Origin: Octopus sinensis | Taxonomy: Eukaryota | DNA: 64,000 bases | Direction: 5' to 3' | Assembly: GCF_006345805.1 (NCBI RefSeq) | Contig: NC_043012.1 | Location: 58,466,001 to 58,530,000, forward strand | In this document: positions 1 to 12,689 of the stretch, in pieces | How the letters are laid out: every line of letters starts with the position of its first letter | Position numbering within the stretch: the stretch's first letter is position 1 | The notes under the pieces: model-generated | Seen by the model: the letters and a program-made list of their open reading frames with translations, nothing else | The model's database searches: none | What the model was told of the DNA's origin: nothing | Position numbers and translations under genes: made by a program

Positions 1-287
1 TCTATTATCACCTCATCTAATAAACGTAACCTTAGCTTTTACTATCTAAATGCATACAAACCTACCATAGACTTACACAATGAAAACACTAATACCGATC
101 GCAATAACATATCTAATACCCCTGGTTCTACCTCTTTAAGTAACTTAAACATACATAATATCATCCTCACCTCGGAGGGTAACGGGCACACAGTCAAAAC
201 CGACGCAAGATCTAATAGGCACACTGATACTAAGAGTAATATATTATAATCACTACAACTAATAATACCTATGCTACATCTACTAAT

Positions 288-581
288 ATGACTAGTAATA
301 ATATTAATAGTAGCACCAAGGGCAATATTACTATTACTGAAAATGATACTACTACTAACACTCCTACCACAAACGCAAATATTAATAGTTGCAATAACAT
401 CACGAATACTACCTACACTACTGCTAGTACTAACATTACTACTACTAACATTACTACTACTAATACTATTACTACTGCTGTCGCTGCTGCTACTGCTGCT
501 GCTACTATTACTAGTACTTTTACTACAATTACTAGTAATAATAATAATAATTCTATTAGCGATGCCAATAACAATAATGAC

Positions 582-652
<71 letters not shown>

Positions 653-1097
653 TAATAATAATAATGATAATAATAATGGTAACGATGTCGTTGACATTGA
701 TAGTAGAAATGACGGCAATGATAACAGCAACATCACGAACAATTCACCCATAACTACCCTAGTCTTTAGCTTGTCCACTAGTAGCACTACCTCATCTCTC
801 TCTCCAACAAACCATCGTGGAACTGATAGCTGCAATTGCAGATCTGGGACAAACTGTCCTCTGCAAGCCCATTGTAGAAAATTCAACGTCGTATACCATT
901 GTACCGTTCACAACATAGAAATTAACTCCAATAGATACTACATTGGATCAACCACAATTTTAAAGCCAAGATGTTATGCACATTTAAACTCTTTTAAATA
1001 TAAAGAGAACAGCAATTCCACATCACTAGCCAGCCATATAATTAATAGAAACATACAATGTAGACTTTCCTGGGCTATAATAGATTTGGGTGTATAA
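288..1097 (+). pseudogene. PLE GIY-YIG endonuclease ORF fragment with Asn/Thr-rich linker; frameshifted upstream (frame +1 stop at 247-249) and lacking the usual C-terminus
   Basis: CNCRSGTNCPLQAHCRKFNVVYHCTV...RYYIGSTTILKPRCYAHLNSF...STSLASHI...LSWAII matches the PLE endonuclease pattern. Confidence 0.8.
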
Positions 1098-1715
1098 TAG
1101 ATTTTGCTAAGTAATAAATTTTGCTAAATATATCTCTACAGTCACTGACCTGAGCCACTAGCACTTACTACTAGATTTCCTTCCCAGCCCCTACTGACTT
1201 GAATAGCACCTACTATTCTCTGAATTCCTTTTAAATTTTACTTTATTTTGTTTTTTATGTTAGCTTCATTTACCTCTTCCTCCTCCTCCTTCTCTCTCCT
1301 TATTTTCCCTTATATATTTGTTTATTTATTTATCTTCTTCGATATTTTCTACACTTTATTCTAATACATTATATCCTTATACACCTTATTTTATCCTTAA
1401 TTTCCTCCCACAATCTCTCTAACTCTCTATTTTTTTAATCTTCTTTCTTTTTACCATCTAACAGCCACCTCTGCTACCATTCTGCTATTGAACGTTGATA
1501 TGTTCACGTCTATTTCTGGATATTTACATAATTAGGACTTTAACTAACATGGATTTACACAGGATTGCACTTGAGGACTTATGGACTTACTTCAATGGGA
1601 TCGGAAAGTTAAACTGTGAGCATTTATGCTTCTTTTTCTCCTCTTCCTTCATCTCCTTATTCGTTTTCTCCTGTACTCTGTGTCTTCATTTCATTAATCT
1701 ATACCCTTCTCATTT

Positions 1716-1780
1716 CCCCTGTTTGTAGACGATGATGGAATATCCCACACTCTGGGATAACACAGAAATAGCTATAGGAC
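1716..1780 (+). ncRNA. Degraded hammerhead ribozyme motif in the PLE pLTR
   Basis: CT[gtttgtagac]GATGA, stem TATCCCA/TGGGATA, GAAATAGCTAT-A (palindromic stem III), then GG pairing with upstream CC. Confidence 0.45.
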
Positions 1781-1892
1781 TTTCAATTTTTCCAATAATA
1801 AAAAGGTATATGACTTCAGAAGTTTGTCTTGCCTTAACGTTTGTTGCCATCTTTAACAATTATATTATATATATAATATATATATATATATG

Positions 1893-1956
<64 letters not shown>

Positions 1957-2082
1957 ATATATAATACCTGTACATATCTCCAACCTTCCAATATTATATA
2001 TATTATATATATATATATATTATATATATATATCCCGAGATCACGTGACCGACCGGGCTATAGATGTTTGCTACACATCGCT

Positions 2083-2182
2083 NNNNNNNNNNNNNNNNNN
2101 NNNNNNNNNNNNNNNNNNNNNNNNNNNNNNNNNNNNNNNNNNNNNNNNNNNNNNNNNNNNNNNNNNNNNNNNNNNNNNNNNN
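2083..2182. other. Assembly gap (100 N)
   Basis: Run of N. Confidence 1.
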
Positions 2183-2317
2183 TAATAATAATAATGATAA
2201 TAATAATAATAATAAAATGATAATATAATAATGATAATAATAATAATTATAATAATAATAATAATAATGATAATTAAATGATAATTATTATAATGATAAT
2301 AATAATAATTATAATTA

Positions 2318-2389
<72 letters not shown>

Positions 2390-2595
2390 AATAATAATAA
2401 TATTAATAATAATAATAATGATAATAATAATAATAATAATAACAACATCGAAAAATACCTTAGGAATGAGAACCTAGATTCAAAATTTCCCGAAGACAGC
2501 TGATGAAGGCTGGAGGGTATACCAGCTGAAACGTTGTTAACAACACAAAAGATGAGGACAAATATCCGTCAAATGTAAATAATATAAACAATGTA
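2183..2595 (+). mobile_element. HHR family A element: (AAT)n followed by hammerhead-bearing tail
   Basis: CTGATGA at 2500-2506, stem GGCTGG/CCAGCT, GAAACGTT at 2528-2535. Same tail as 13092-13245 (-) and 13511-13630 (+). Stem I is damaged in this copy. Confidence 0.75.
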
Positions 2596-2712
2596 GTGAG
2601 GTACTGTTTTGTCAAATATTCCTCAGTTCGTCGATAGGTAAATTGATTTATTCTGTCGTGCTGTTTTCCGGTTCCATATGAGAAACTTACTGTCTCCAGA
2701 TTTGTATCTAAG

Positions 2713-3115
2713 CCTTTTGTCTTTTATTTGTCTCTGTCATTTGATAGCGGTCATGCTGGGGCTTCGCTTTAAAGAAATTTTTAGTCGAATGAATCGACCC
2801 CTGTACTTACTTACGTAGTTTTTAAAAACCGGGTACTGATGCTGTTGATAGATTTTGCCGAACCACTAATGTTACAGGGACGTAAACAAACCAACACCAA
2901 TTGTCAATCAGTAGTGGGGGACAAAGAGAGACTCAAAAATACATACACACACACGCACACAAATACAAGCACACACATACACACTCACATACACGCGCGC
3001 ATACATGCACACACGTATGCATATATCATGGGATAAGCTTTGTCAACCAAATTTCACTCATAATCCTATTGAACGCCCGGGGCAACAGATACACTTGCCG
3101 AAGATGCCACGACAA
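2713..3115 (-). mobile_element. SINE family 1, degenerate copy lacking its head
   Basis: Similar to 3189-3556 and 29863-30513. Confidence 0.65.
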
Positions 3116-3188
3116 TGAAAGAGAAAGAAAGAAGAGGAGAGAGGGGCAGAAAGATAGGAATGCGAGAAAGAGGGACATAAAGAGAATT

Positions 3189-3556
3189 CTTTTACTCTTT
3201 TACTTGTTTCAGTCATTTGACTGCAGCCATGCTGGAGCACCACCTTAAAGTCGAGCAAATCGACGCCAGGACTTATTCTTTGTAAGCCTAGTAATTATGC
3301 TATCGGTCTCTTTGCCGAACCGCTAAGTTACGGGGACGTAAACACACTAGCATTGGTTGTCAACACACACACTTATAAACATATACATATAAACGACGGG
3401 CTTCTTTCAATTTCCGTCTAACGAATCCACTCACAAGGCTTTGGTCGGCCCGAGGCTATAGTAGAAGACACTTGCCCAACGTGCCACGCAGAGGGACTGA
3501 ACCCGGAACCATGTGGTTGGTAAGCAAGCTACTTACCACACGACCCCTCCTGCGCC
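3189..3556 (-). mobile_element. tRNA-derived SINE family 1
   Basis: Pol III B-box-like GGTTCAGTCCC, TTGGGCAAGTGTCTT core, internal (CA/TA)n and (GTAAAAGA)n-type tail. Many copies in the window. Confidence 0.85.
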
Positions 3557-4227
3557 CAGAAATCGATACCCTGTACATAACTGGTATAATATATATGTGA
3601 AATCTGAAGAAATGAAGAGAAAACAGTGCAGAGAGCAGAAACATAGCATAACAGAGTCTCTCCCAGCGATCTAACAAATCTGTAGTAGTGAATGGTTAAA
3701 ATAATTAATACGTTGATGAAGTAGTTAAGATAATTAATGGCATCTGATACTTCTAAGAACTAATGGAATATGCAAATTGCAAGTTACGTGATACGATAGC
3801 TATGATAACAAAATATGATATTGCAATAGCTAATTCACTAGGGTGTTTTGATAATTAATATCACTTAAGACGTATAAATTGGCGAGTCTGCACTATAGTC
3901 ATATCAATTTGTCGAATGGTTTTTATAGTTATTTCCTCTTCAAGTAGGTTGAAAAGGTTTTAGAAATTGTATGTATGTATGTCACAGCGTTCCGTTGAGG
4001 GATCATTTAAAAAAAAGACAGAGAGAGACTTTTGTTTAAGTCAAATGATACTAATATTTATATTTATAACTATGACTCAGAAAAAGAACAGTCTTCAGCT
4101 CTACATAAATGAGACAGTATACATATATTTACATATACAAACACGTGCACACACACATATATATATATCTATATCTATACACACATATATATATACATAC
4201 ATACACACACACACACGCACACACAGA

Positions 4228-4266
<39 letters not shown>

Positions 4267-4291
4267 ACGCGTAAAAATATGCACGTATCCT

Positions 4292-4700
4292 ATTTACTCT
4301 CTTTTACTTGTTTCAGTTATTTGACTGAGGCCATGCTGAAGCACAGCCTTTAGTCGAGCAAATCAACCCCACGACTTATTCTTTGTAAGCCTAGTACTTA
4401 TTCTATCGTTCTCTTATGCCGAACCACCAAGTTACGGCAACGTAAACACACTACCATCGGTTGTCAAGCGATGCTGGTGGGTGAACAAAGACAGTCACAC
4501 AAACACACACACACACACATATGTATATACATACAAACGACGGGCTTGTTTCAGTGTCCGTCTACCAAATCCATTCATAAGGTTTTGGTCGGTCCGAGGC
4601 TATAGTAGAAGACACTTGCCCAAGGTGCCACACAGTGGGACTGAAGCCGGAACCATGTCGTTGGTAAGCAAGCTACTTACCACACAGCAACTCCTGCGTC
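4292..4700 (-). mobile_element. tRNA-derived SINE family 1
   Basis: Colinear with 3189-3556. Confidence 0.85.
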
Positions 4701-5773
4701 TATATTAATATATATGCAAATATATATACATATATATACAAACATCTATTATCTACATGTATGTGTGCCTATACATATAAAGACACACACATATATATTA
4801 AATACGCACACGCACATATATATATATATACACACATAGACATACAGACATACACACTTGTATATAAACATACACACGCATAATCACACGCATATGTGCA
4901 TATCTTATCCTTGGGGAATTGAATTCTTATCTGAGTTTCAATAAGCGTCAGATGGCTAACGGTGGTGGTGATACAGTATAATAGTCATACGGATATCATA
5001 AGTCGCTCCAAAAGAAGGGAAATAGCACCACTATTTCTGAACCTTTTAAATAGCAAACATGCTAAACAATAATTATATATTTTAAGAAAAGATGAAAGAG
5101 CAAGAGAGAGAAAGAGAGAGGGAGACATAAATATATATATATATAGAGAGAGAGGTGGAGGGGTGAGAAAAGTCAAGAGGAGTTTTCTTTTTTTTTTTTT
5201 CTTTTTTTCAAAAATTCAGATGGCAAAGAATGTTTTTCTATTTGAACTACCTCTTGGGAAACATCTTGAAGAACTATTTAAATCGATCAAGTTTCGTCGA
5301 CGTGATAACTATCTGAGGTCATCAAACGGAGGTTAGTGAATACGAACATCTTTTCTGAGAACGAAATTAAATATTAAACGAAAAATATAAATAAAAAAGC
5401 CAACAAAAAATTTAAAAAATAACAACGGAAGACTGCAGGCGTCGTTCCGTTTTATTTTTTTTTATTATCATTATTATATTACATGTATTTATTTATTTTC
5501 ATTTCATTTTTAATAAATTCTGGGATATCAATTCCTACTAGATGGTCGATGATTAAAGACTAATGAAATATTAAATGAAACAAACATTCGCGATAAGAGG
5601 CTTACTAAATAATATATGACAGACAAAGCCATTTGCTGTGCAGCGCGATTCGTTTCATCGCAATTTCAATTTTCATCCCAATGTAGAAATTTTCGATATG
5701 CAGAGAAATAAAAAAAAAATCGACGAACGAACTACAGCAAAGAAATTATGCTATACATAAACATGCATAGATG

Positions 5774-6880
5774 TTCAACAATATATGGATATATATATAC
5801 ACATTATCAGAGTGTTTAAGCTCATATCTCTCCATGCAGACAAAAAATGCTACATTCAGAGCTTATACACACATACACACGCATGTAATATAAGTATAAG
5901 GATATATATACACATCACAATTTTCATATAATCTTTTATTCGCTCATTCGTTTCATACAGCTACGGTCAACCTGGAGCTCCATCGCATTATTCTTACATT
6001 TGTTTCAGTCATTTGTCTGCGGCCATGCTAGTGAACGGCCTATTTCTTTACTGCCCACAAGGGGCTACACACAGAGGGGACAAACAAGGACAGACAAACA
6101 GGTTAAGTCGATTATATCGGCCCCCAGTGCGTAACTGGTACTTAATTTATCGTAAGGTCGTTAGTTCAATTCTGGTAGCATATTGTGCCATTGAGAAAAA
6201 GCCCTTTATTCATCCTTGCTCCAGTTCACTCAGCTGGCAAAAAGGATTAGAACCTATATTACAAAGTACCAGCCCTGTCACATTCTGTGTCACGCTTAAT
6301 CACCCTGAGAAATACGTTAATGGTGCTATTGTCTATAGTGTACTCAGCCACCTGCCCGTTAATGTTACGAACAAATCGTTCCCTTGATCGGATCAACTGG
6401 AAATCGGATTGTTTATTAACTGCCATACGTAGTTAATTTTTCTGGTATTGCTAGAGAAGCACTTTATGTGAATGTTCTACACAATAAACATATTTTTCAT
6501 CACAAGCGACGCTTTTCCTCCATCGTTGAACACTCTTCTCCAAAATTAAGGTGTCCAAATAGACTGCACCAAGATCAGTTTCATCATGGTATTAACTAGC
6601 CCAATTTTCCAGGTGTCTGATTTGTTGCCAATTGTGTAAGTGGTCACGATTTACTCCTGGTGAATATGGAACATTGATCAGGTTCTTGCTTGGTCTCTTC
6701 CTCTCAGTGTCTGAAACGAATGAGCGAATAAAAGATTATATGAAAATTGTGTTGTGTATATATCGTTATACTTATATTACATGCGTGTGTATGTGTGTAT
6801 AAGCTCTGTATGTAGCCATTTTTGTCTGCATGGAGAGATATAAGCTTAAACACTCTAGTAGTGTTCATAAACTTGTTGAA
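5774..6880. repeat. Inverted repeat, arms about 5774-5959 and 6708-6880
   Basis: gagtgtttaagctcatatctctccatgcagacaaaaa...attcgctcattcgtttca recurs as its reverse complement. Confidence 0.9.
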
Positions 6881-7400
6881 TGCCTAAATATACCGCCCAT
6901 TGCTCCTGGTACAGCTACGTCCCAGAAGATCAAGAAGAATGATGCCTTTGTGAACCAGAAAACCATTATCTCCATTTACTCTGCCAATTGCTGGCTCTAG
7001 AATTCCTTAGCTCACAAAGAAAAGGTGTGGATCCATTCCACACACTGAAATTTCGTTTCCAACTGCTTGAGACATACTCAGTTTTCATCACCGATTTTCG
7101 AGATCGCAAAAAAAAAAAAAACCCAAAAACGTCTCCATTTTCTTCAAACGCTTCCAGAAGATAAGACCAAACTTTCACAATTCTTTCCTTCAGATCGAAT
7201 ATCGGCTACCGAGGTAACACTGGTTACACACATGTTTCCTGATAATCATAATGTGATATCCACTCCATAATCAATAGGGCTCGGCTTTATTAGCACTGTA
7301 CGCGACGACCATCGTCTATGATATTATTTGATCAACTTTATGTTAAATTTACGTTTCTGCAAGGCCGAATGTCGATGAAGACAATCACCAACTGGTAGAT
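6480..7400 (-). mobile_element. Highly degenerate mariner transposase remnant, interrupted at 6708-6880
   Basis: Minus-strand peptides LKERIVKVWSYLLEAFEENGD, IGDEN*V...ETKFQCVEWIH...SQQLA..MVFW, KGIILLDL and VPYSP resemble mariner GDETW, VFWD and YSPDL motifs. Confidence 0.65.
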
Positions 7401-7677
7401 TTTATATCGTGTAACGAATCCATTTTTCTTTCGTTTGTATACATAAAAGTGTATGTATATATATATATACTTATACATATGTATGTATGTGTGGATTTAT
7501 GTGTCTATGTATATCCCGGATACATATACACAAGTAGAAACACGTGCATGTACATAGGTATATTGTTCTTGCCTCGCTCTTTTCTGTCCTTACATATATA
7601 TCTATAAAGATACTTGCATATATATGCATGTATAAATATATACATACATACATGCATACATACATACATACATACAT

Positions 7678-7710
<33 letters not shown>

Positions 7711-7776
7711 AGCGTCGGGCTAAATTATATATGAGAGTCCATATGTATGTATTTATACCTACATATATATATATAA

Positions 7777-7825
<49 letters not shown>

Positions 7826-7864
7826 CATACATGCATATATACACACACACAAACACACACACAC

Positions 7865-7910
<46 letters not shown>

Positions 7911-8366
7911 TTACACACACACACAAACACATACATATGCGTGAGTACATGGTTCTGCGTTTATGTTTGTACATTTATTTACATCCTCCTTCTGTGATCG
8001 TTTATGTATAGGATTGTGTAAGTGCGTCTGTGTATGTGCGTGTTTGTGTATGTGTGCGTGTGTGTGTCTGTATGTGTGTGTGTGTGTGTGCATGTGTGTG
8101 CGCGTGTATGTGTGTAAAGTCAATATGGCCAAGTCAATAAATTATTGGACTAACTGCTCAATACGTTTCATTGTGTGTTTCTTGGCAAACCATACTGCTT
8201 TATAGACTGTGTCAGTTAATTTAAGCATTGCATCTATCGGAAGTTGGTACCAGATCAATCTGGATGCTATCCTCAAAGCCGAATCGCCGGTTGTGTTTGC
8301 TTCTCAATACGAGATTTGTGTATCGTTAGGTCTGAACACATACATCTCCACAAATTCATATATATA

Positions 8367-8443
<77 letters not shown>

Positions 8444-8599
8444 ATACATATATGTGTGTATGTGTGTGAATACATATGTGGTAGGTGCTATTATCATACA
8501 TAGAGACTGGGTCAATACCAGCCGAAACTTCAGTTTATGTATGTTTATAGGCAATTATTGGCACGGACCTAATATCCCCCACCATCCCTCAATATGGAT

Positions 8600-9620
8600 C
8601 CAGATGTGTATTTTTAATGCTTAAGTAACTTAAAACGTCAGTGCTATTCTCCTCGAGTATACTAAGCAAGATAAAAATTTTCGGGTTCAGTCCTTAAGCG
8701 GCTAGGAATTGAAACTTGTATCATCGGTTTCTTCACTTTTTTTTTTTCAGTAAGCTTTCTCTAAGCTTTTTGAGTTTCTAAATGTGCCACCTCTTCTTCA
8801 CAGTACATGTACGTTCCAGAAAATGCAGGAATGTGACACCCTTGCAGACCCCACAAAACAACCAGCATGACTTATTTTATCGATCGCTGACTCTTCAATG
8901 CTGGAGGTATTTGAAGTTGTCTGGAAGGAAAACTGATCGAAACTTTGTGAAAATTGTACATTGAAGGTGAGCAAAAATGTTCACAAATTAAACATCCATA
9001 TAAAGTCGTTTCAGAAACTCTATATTTTGTGTTCGGGGTTGAAATAGTCATGTCTAGTACAAAGGATCGTTGGTTAGATGATTGGTGGTAGATTTCTTTG
9101 CTTTCACAAAATGGAAACATCTTAAAATTGTATTAGTATCAAGCGAGAATACTAGTAAGAATTTGGAAATATTTCTGCTAATACAGCAAATGAAACTCGG
9201 TAAGGAATCAATACATTTCTTTAGCTCTTTTGGTTTTGGAAGACATACAGAGCTACAGCCAGAGCCAAGCATCGTTTGTCAGCATGTGTGCCTTGGTAAT
9301 ATGTTGCATGCTTCAAGGCAGCGAGCCTGCAGAATCGTTAGCAAACCGGACAACATGCTTAGCGGCATTCGTCTACCTTTACATTCTGAGTTCAAATGCT
9401 GCCGCAGCCGACTTCACCTTTCATTGGATGTTCCAGGTGATTTATGTTGTCGTGAACAGACATTAATACCCTCTCAGCTTCTTCGTACTTCATCTTTTAA
9501 GTGACTTACGATATTTGACGAAGCCATAGATATCCTTCATTGCATGAGTATCGCAAGTGGCCTGTGCGTCAGTACGCTAATATGTGGTGATGAGCAGATG
9601 AGGATTGGTCTGTTAGTAAA
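8600..9620 (-). mobile_element. Highly degenerate mariner transposase remnant with a nested SINE family 2 fragment (about 9315-9425)
   Basis: Minus-strand peptides HLKDEVRRS, AHMLTND, LKSQRSIK*VMLVVLW, KGVTFLHFLER and ETQKA/KLRE. Confidence 0.55.
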
Positions 9621-10029
9621 CCACGCTCAATTTGTCGTTTCTTTTATGCTCTTCTGTAATTTCATTGCGGCCATGCATGGGCATCGACAAACTACTTGCT
9701 TTGAGTCGGCTTTTTTCTTTTAACAAACCACTACAGCTAAATTATGCGGACGTAAACAAAACAACACCTGTTGTAAAACATTGGTTCAGAGGAAAATGTA
9801 CAGACACACAAACATGCGCGCACATATATGACAACCTTCCACATATTTTCCGTTTATCAAATTCTCTCACAAAGCATTATTTGGCCCGGGGTTGTCGTAG
9901 AAGCCACTTGCGCAACGTTCCGCACTAGTGGACTGAACTCGAAACCATTTGGTGGCAACATGAGCTTCGTGACTATACGGCCGTACTTGCGCTGATACTT
10001 GTTGAAGAATTCCCATCGCTAACGTCATT

Positions 10030-10432
10030 CTTTTCTTTCCTCTTCTTGGCACAAAGCCCGAAATTTGGGGGAGGGGGCCAGTCGTTTAGATCGACCCCAG
10101 TGCGTATCTGGTACTTAATTTATCGACCCCGAAAGGAAGAAAGGCTAAGTCGACCTCGGCGAAATTTGAAATCTGAATGTTAAGACAAGACGAAATAGCT
10201 ATTTCTTTACTAGCCACAAGGGGTAAACACAGAGAGGACAAACAAGGACAGACAAACGGATTAAGTCGATTATATCGACCCCAGTTCATAACTGGTACTT
10301 AATTTAACGACCCCGAAAGGATGAAATGCAAAGTCGACCTCGGCAGAATATGAACTCAGAACGTAACGGCAGACGAAATACCGCTCGGCATTTAGCCCGA
10401 CGTGCTAATGATTCTGCCAGCTCGCCGCCTTA
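10030..10432 (-). mobile_element. tRNA-derived SINE family 2 with 16-bp target-site duplication
   Basis: A-box TGGCAGAATC, B-box GAGTTCA, core GTCGACTTTGCCTTTCATCCTTTCGGGGTCG. TSD catcgctaacgtcatt at 10014-10029 and 10433-10448. Confidence 0.9.
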
Positions 10433-10571
10433 CATCGCTAACGTCATTGAGTAAGCAATAAGAATCTTCTGTCACCAAAATACGAGATTTTAGCGAGCGC
10501 TGTACTAGAAGACGTAATCTTATGAGAAACAAAGTCTGTTTCGATTCACAACTGATGTGCAATGCCTATAT

Positions 10572-11700
10572 TTAACCCTTTTGACATCCGAGGTCATCTT
10601 TGATTCCACGATACAAAACCCTTGTTTTAACTGACCCAAATTTAAATCTTCCAACATAGTTTCATGTTAATTTGTTTTAAACACTAGCTTAATAATGGTT
10701 ACACAATTTGGCACCAGTTCAGCAAATTTAGGGGAGAGTGCAAGTCGATTGCATCGAGTGCTCAAATGGTACTTCTTTTATCGACCCAGAAACTTAAAAT
10801 CGACCTCAGCGGCCTTGAACTCAGAATGTAAAGCCAAAAGTAATACCTATTTCTTTATTACCCACAAGGGGCTAAACACAGAGAGGACAAACAAGGACAG
10901 ACAAACGGATTAAGTCGATTATAACGACCCCAGTGCCTAACTGGTATTTATTTAATCGACCCCGAAAGGATGAAAGGCAAAGTCGACCTCGGCGGAAAGT
11001 AATACGTATTTCTTTACTACCCACAAGGAGCTAAACACAGAGAAGACAAACAAGGACAGACAAACGGAATAAGTCGATTATAACGACCCCAGTGCCTAAC
11101 TGGTACTTATTTAATCGACCCCGAAAGGATGAAATGCAAAGTCGACCTCGGCGGAAAGTAATACGTATTTCTTTACTACCCATAAGGGACTAAACACAGA
11201 GAGGACAAACAAGGACAGACAAACGGATTAAATCGATTTTATCGACTTCGGTGCCTAACTGGTACTTATTTAATCGACCCGAAAGGTTGAAAGGCAAAGT
11301 CGACCTCGGTGGAAAGTAATACCGCTAAGGATTTTGTCTGGTGTGCTAACCATTCTAACGGCTCACCGCCGCCTTAACGTTTTCCCATTCAGATTAAATG
11401 TATGTCAAATATAAAGCTAATTTATTCACATTGCATTGAAGTAATCATCCTTCAAGATTTCTATAATGGATTGTCTATTTTTAGAATGACATTGCAGGGC
11501 AGGTGTGAGAGGCTAGATTTGACCGACATGAAGTCAAAACGAGTGAAATATTTGAGCAAAATATAGCTTGTTGAACTACTGAATGTTGAAACACCAGCTT
11601 AATAATAACAAAAGTATTTTACTAAAGTCTTCATTATTTTCATGTTTAAATGAAACGAAGTCAGTGTATTCCACCAGAAATATGGTAACAAAAGGGTTAC
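10572..11700 (+). mobile_element. piggyBac-type (TTAA) MITE with nested insertions
   Basis: TTAA-CCCTTTTG ... GGTAACAAAAGGG-TTAC termini. Homologous to 16049-17013. Confidence 0.65.
10705..11373 (-). mobile_element. SINE family 2 with an internal ~159-bp unit triplicated (10841-11316)
   Basis: The unit boundary TAATAC recurs at 10841, 11000, 11159 and 11317. Confidence 0.85.
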
Positions 11701-12689
11701 GCTGCAAATGCATGAATGTGTGTGAGGAAAACCATCAACATCACAGAATACAGTTCTCTTTTCTTCCTGTTTATGGTAATACATTCTTGTAAGAGATCAA
11801 TATGGAAATATTCTGGAAAGTAATGTCGACCATCATGTTTAAATAATCATCTTCTATCCAAATGGTCTACTTATTCCGGATAAATACTCTTATTATAAAG
11901 TTCATAACCGTTTTCTTTGAAACTAGTATTCTTATTCGAACTTAGTACATTTACTACAAAGTTCATACTCATTTAAAAACCTACACCGAAGAAGACAACA
12001 ACAACAACAACAACAGCAGCAGCAGCGGCAGTAGTAGCAGCAGCAACAACAACAACAACAACAACAACAAAAATAACAACAACAACAACGACGGCAATAA
12101 CCACAACAATAACAAAAATGAACTGATTTTTATAGTATTCAATTCTGCTGTCTTCTGTTGATCGATTTCTTCACAATTTCCAGTTGATAAACAGAAACCG
12201 TTTCTGGCATTTGTTCAAGTAAACAACAAGCAACCGGCGAGGCATGGAAGGAGAGCGGGAGGGGAGGTAGGGAGGGAGGGAAGGAGTGGGTAGGGGTCGG
12301 GAGAGGACGGTTAGTTTTTCGCAAAGTGTTATCACTATTTACTACCAATGTACATCTGTATTGTTCCGATTAGCTTAGTTTATGATTGGCGGCAAGTAAT
12401 AATGATTTCTTACCGAGGCACAATTCCACATATTTAATGTAGAAAGAAAATGAGAGAATGAATAAAATAACTTTACATCATATTTACCGGTGGCGACCAT
12501 CTTTCTTTTCATATGCATGTATGTATATGTATATGTATGTGTGTATGTCTCTTTGTATGTATGTGTATATGTATGTACCTCATTTCCACACACGCCAGTT
12601 GAATTCAATTCGTCCACAGCCAAAAGACACTTGTTGTTTTGTCCCGTTATTATTGTTTTTATTTTTATTGTATTTATATTTGTGCAACA

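Larger units (their letters stand above)
1..1860 (+). mobile_element. Penelope-like retroelement (PLE) 3' remnant: RT C-terminus, long low-complexity linker, truncated GIY-YIG endonuclease, 3' UTR/pLTR ending at (TA)n
   Basis: Frame +1 starts SIITSSNKRNL, similar to the PLE post-RT motif SIISSHNKKIL. The CNCR-x4-CPL-x3-C...VVY...YIG domain follows, then a pyrimidine-rich 3' region with a degraded hammerhead at 1716-1780. Confidence 0.8.

Noticed and set aside
1141-1170. CTGACCTGAGCC variant hammerhead start in the PLE 3' region
   Set aside because: No following GAAA or stem III.
3570-3682. Possible minus-strand exon (LLDRWERLCYAMFLL... or FVRSLGETLLC...)
   Set aside because: Weak splice signals, two open frames and no recognisable protein.
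10841-11316. Regularly spaced repeats suggestive of a CRISPR array
   Set aside because: Whole ~159-bp units repeat with no unique spacers, they derive from a SINE, and there are no cas genes.
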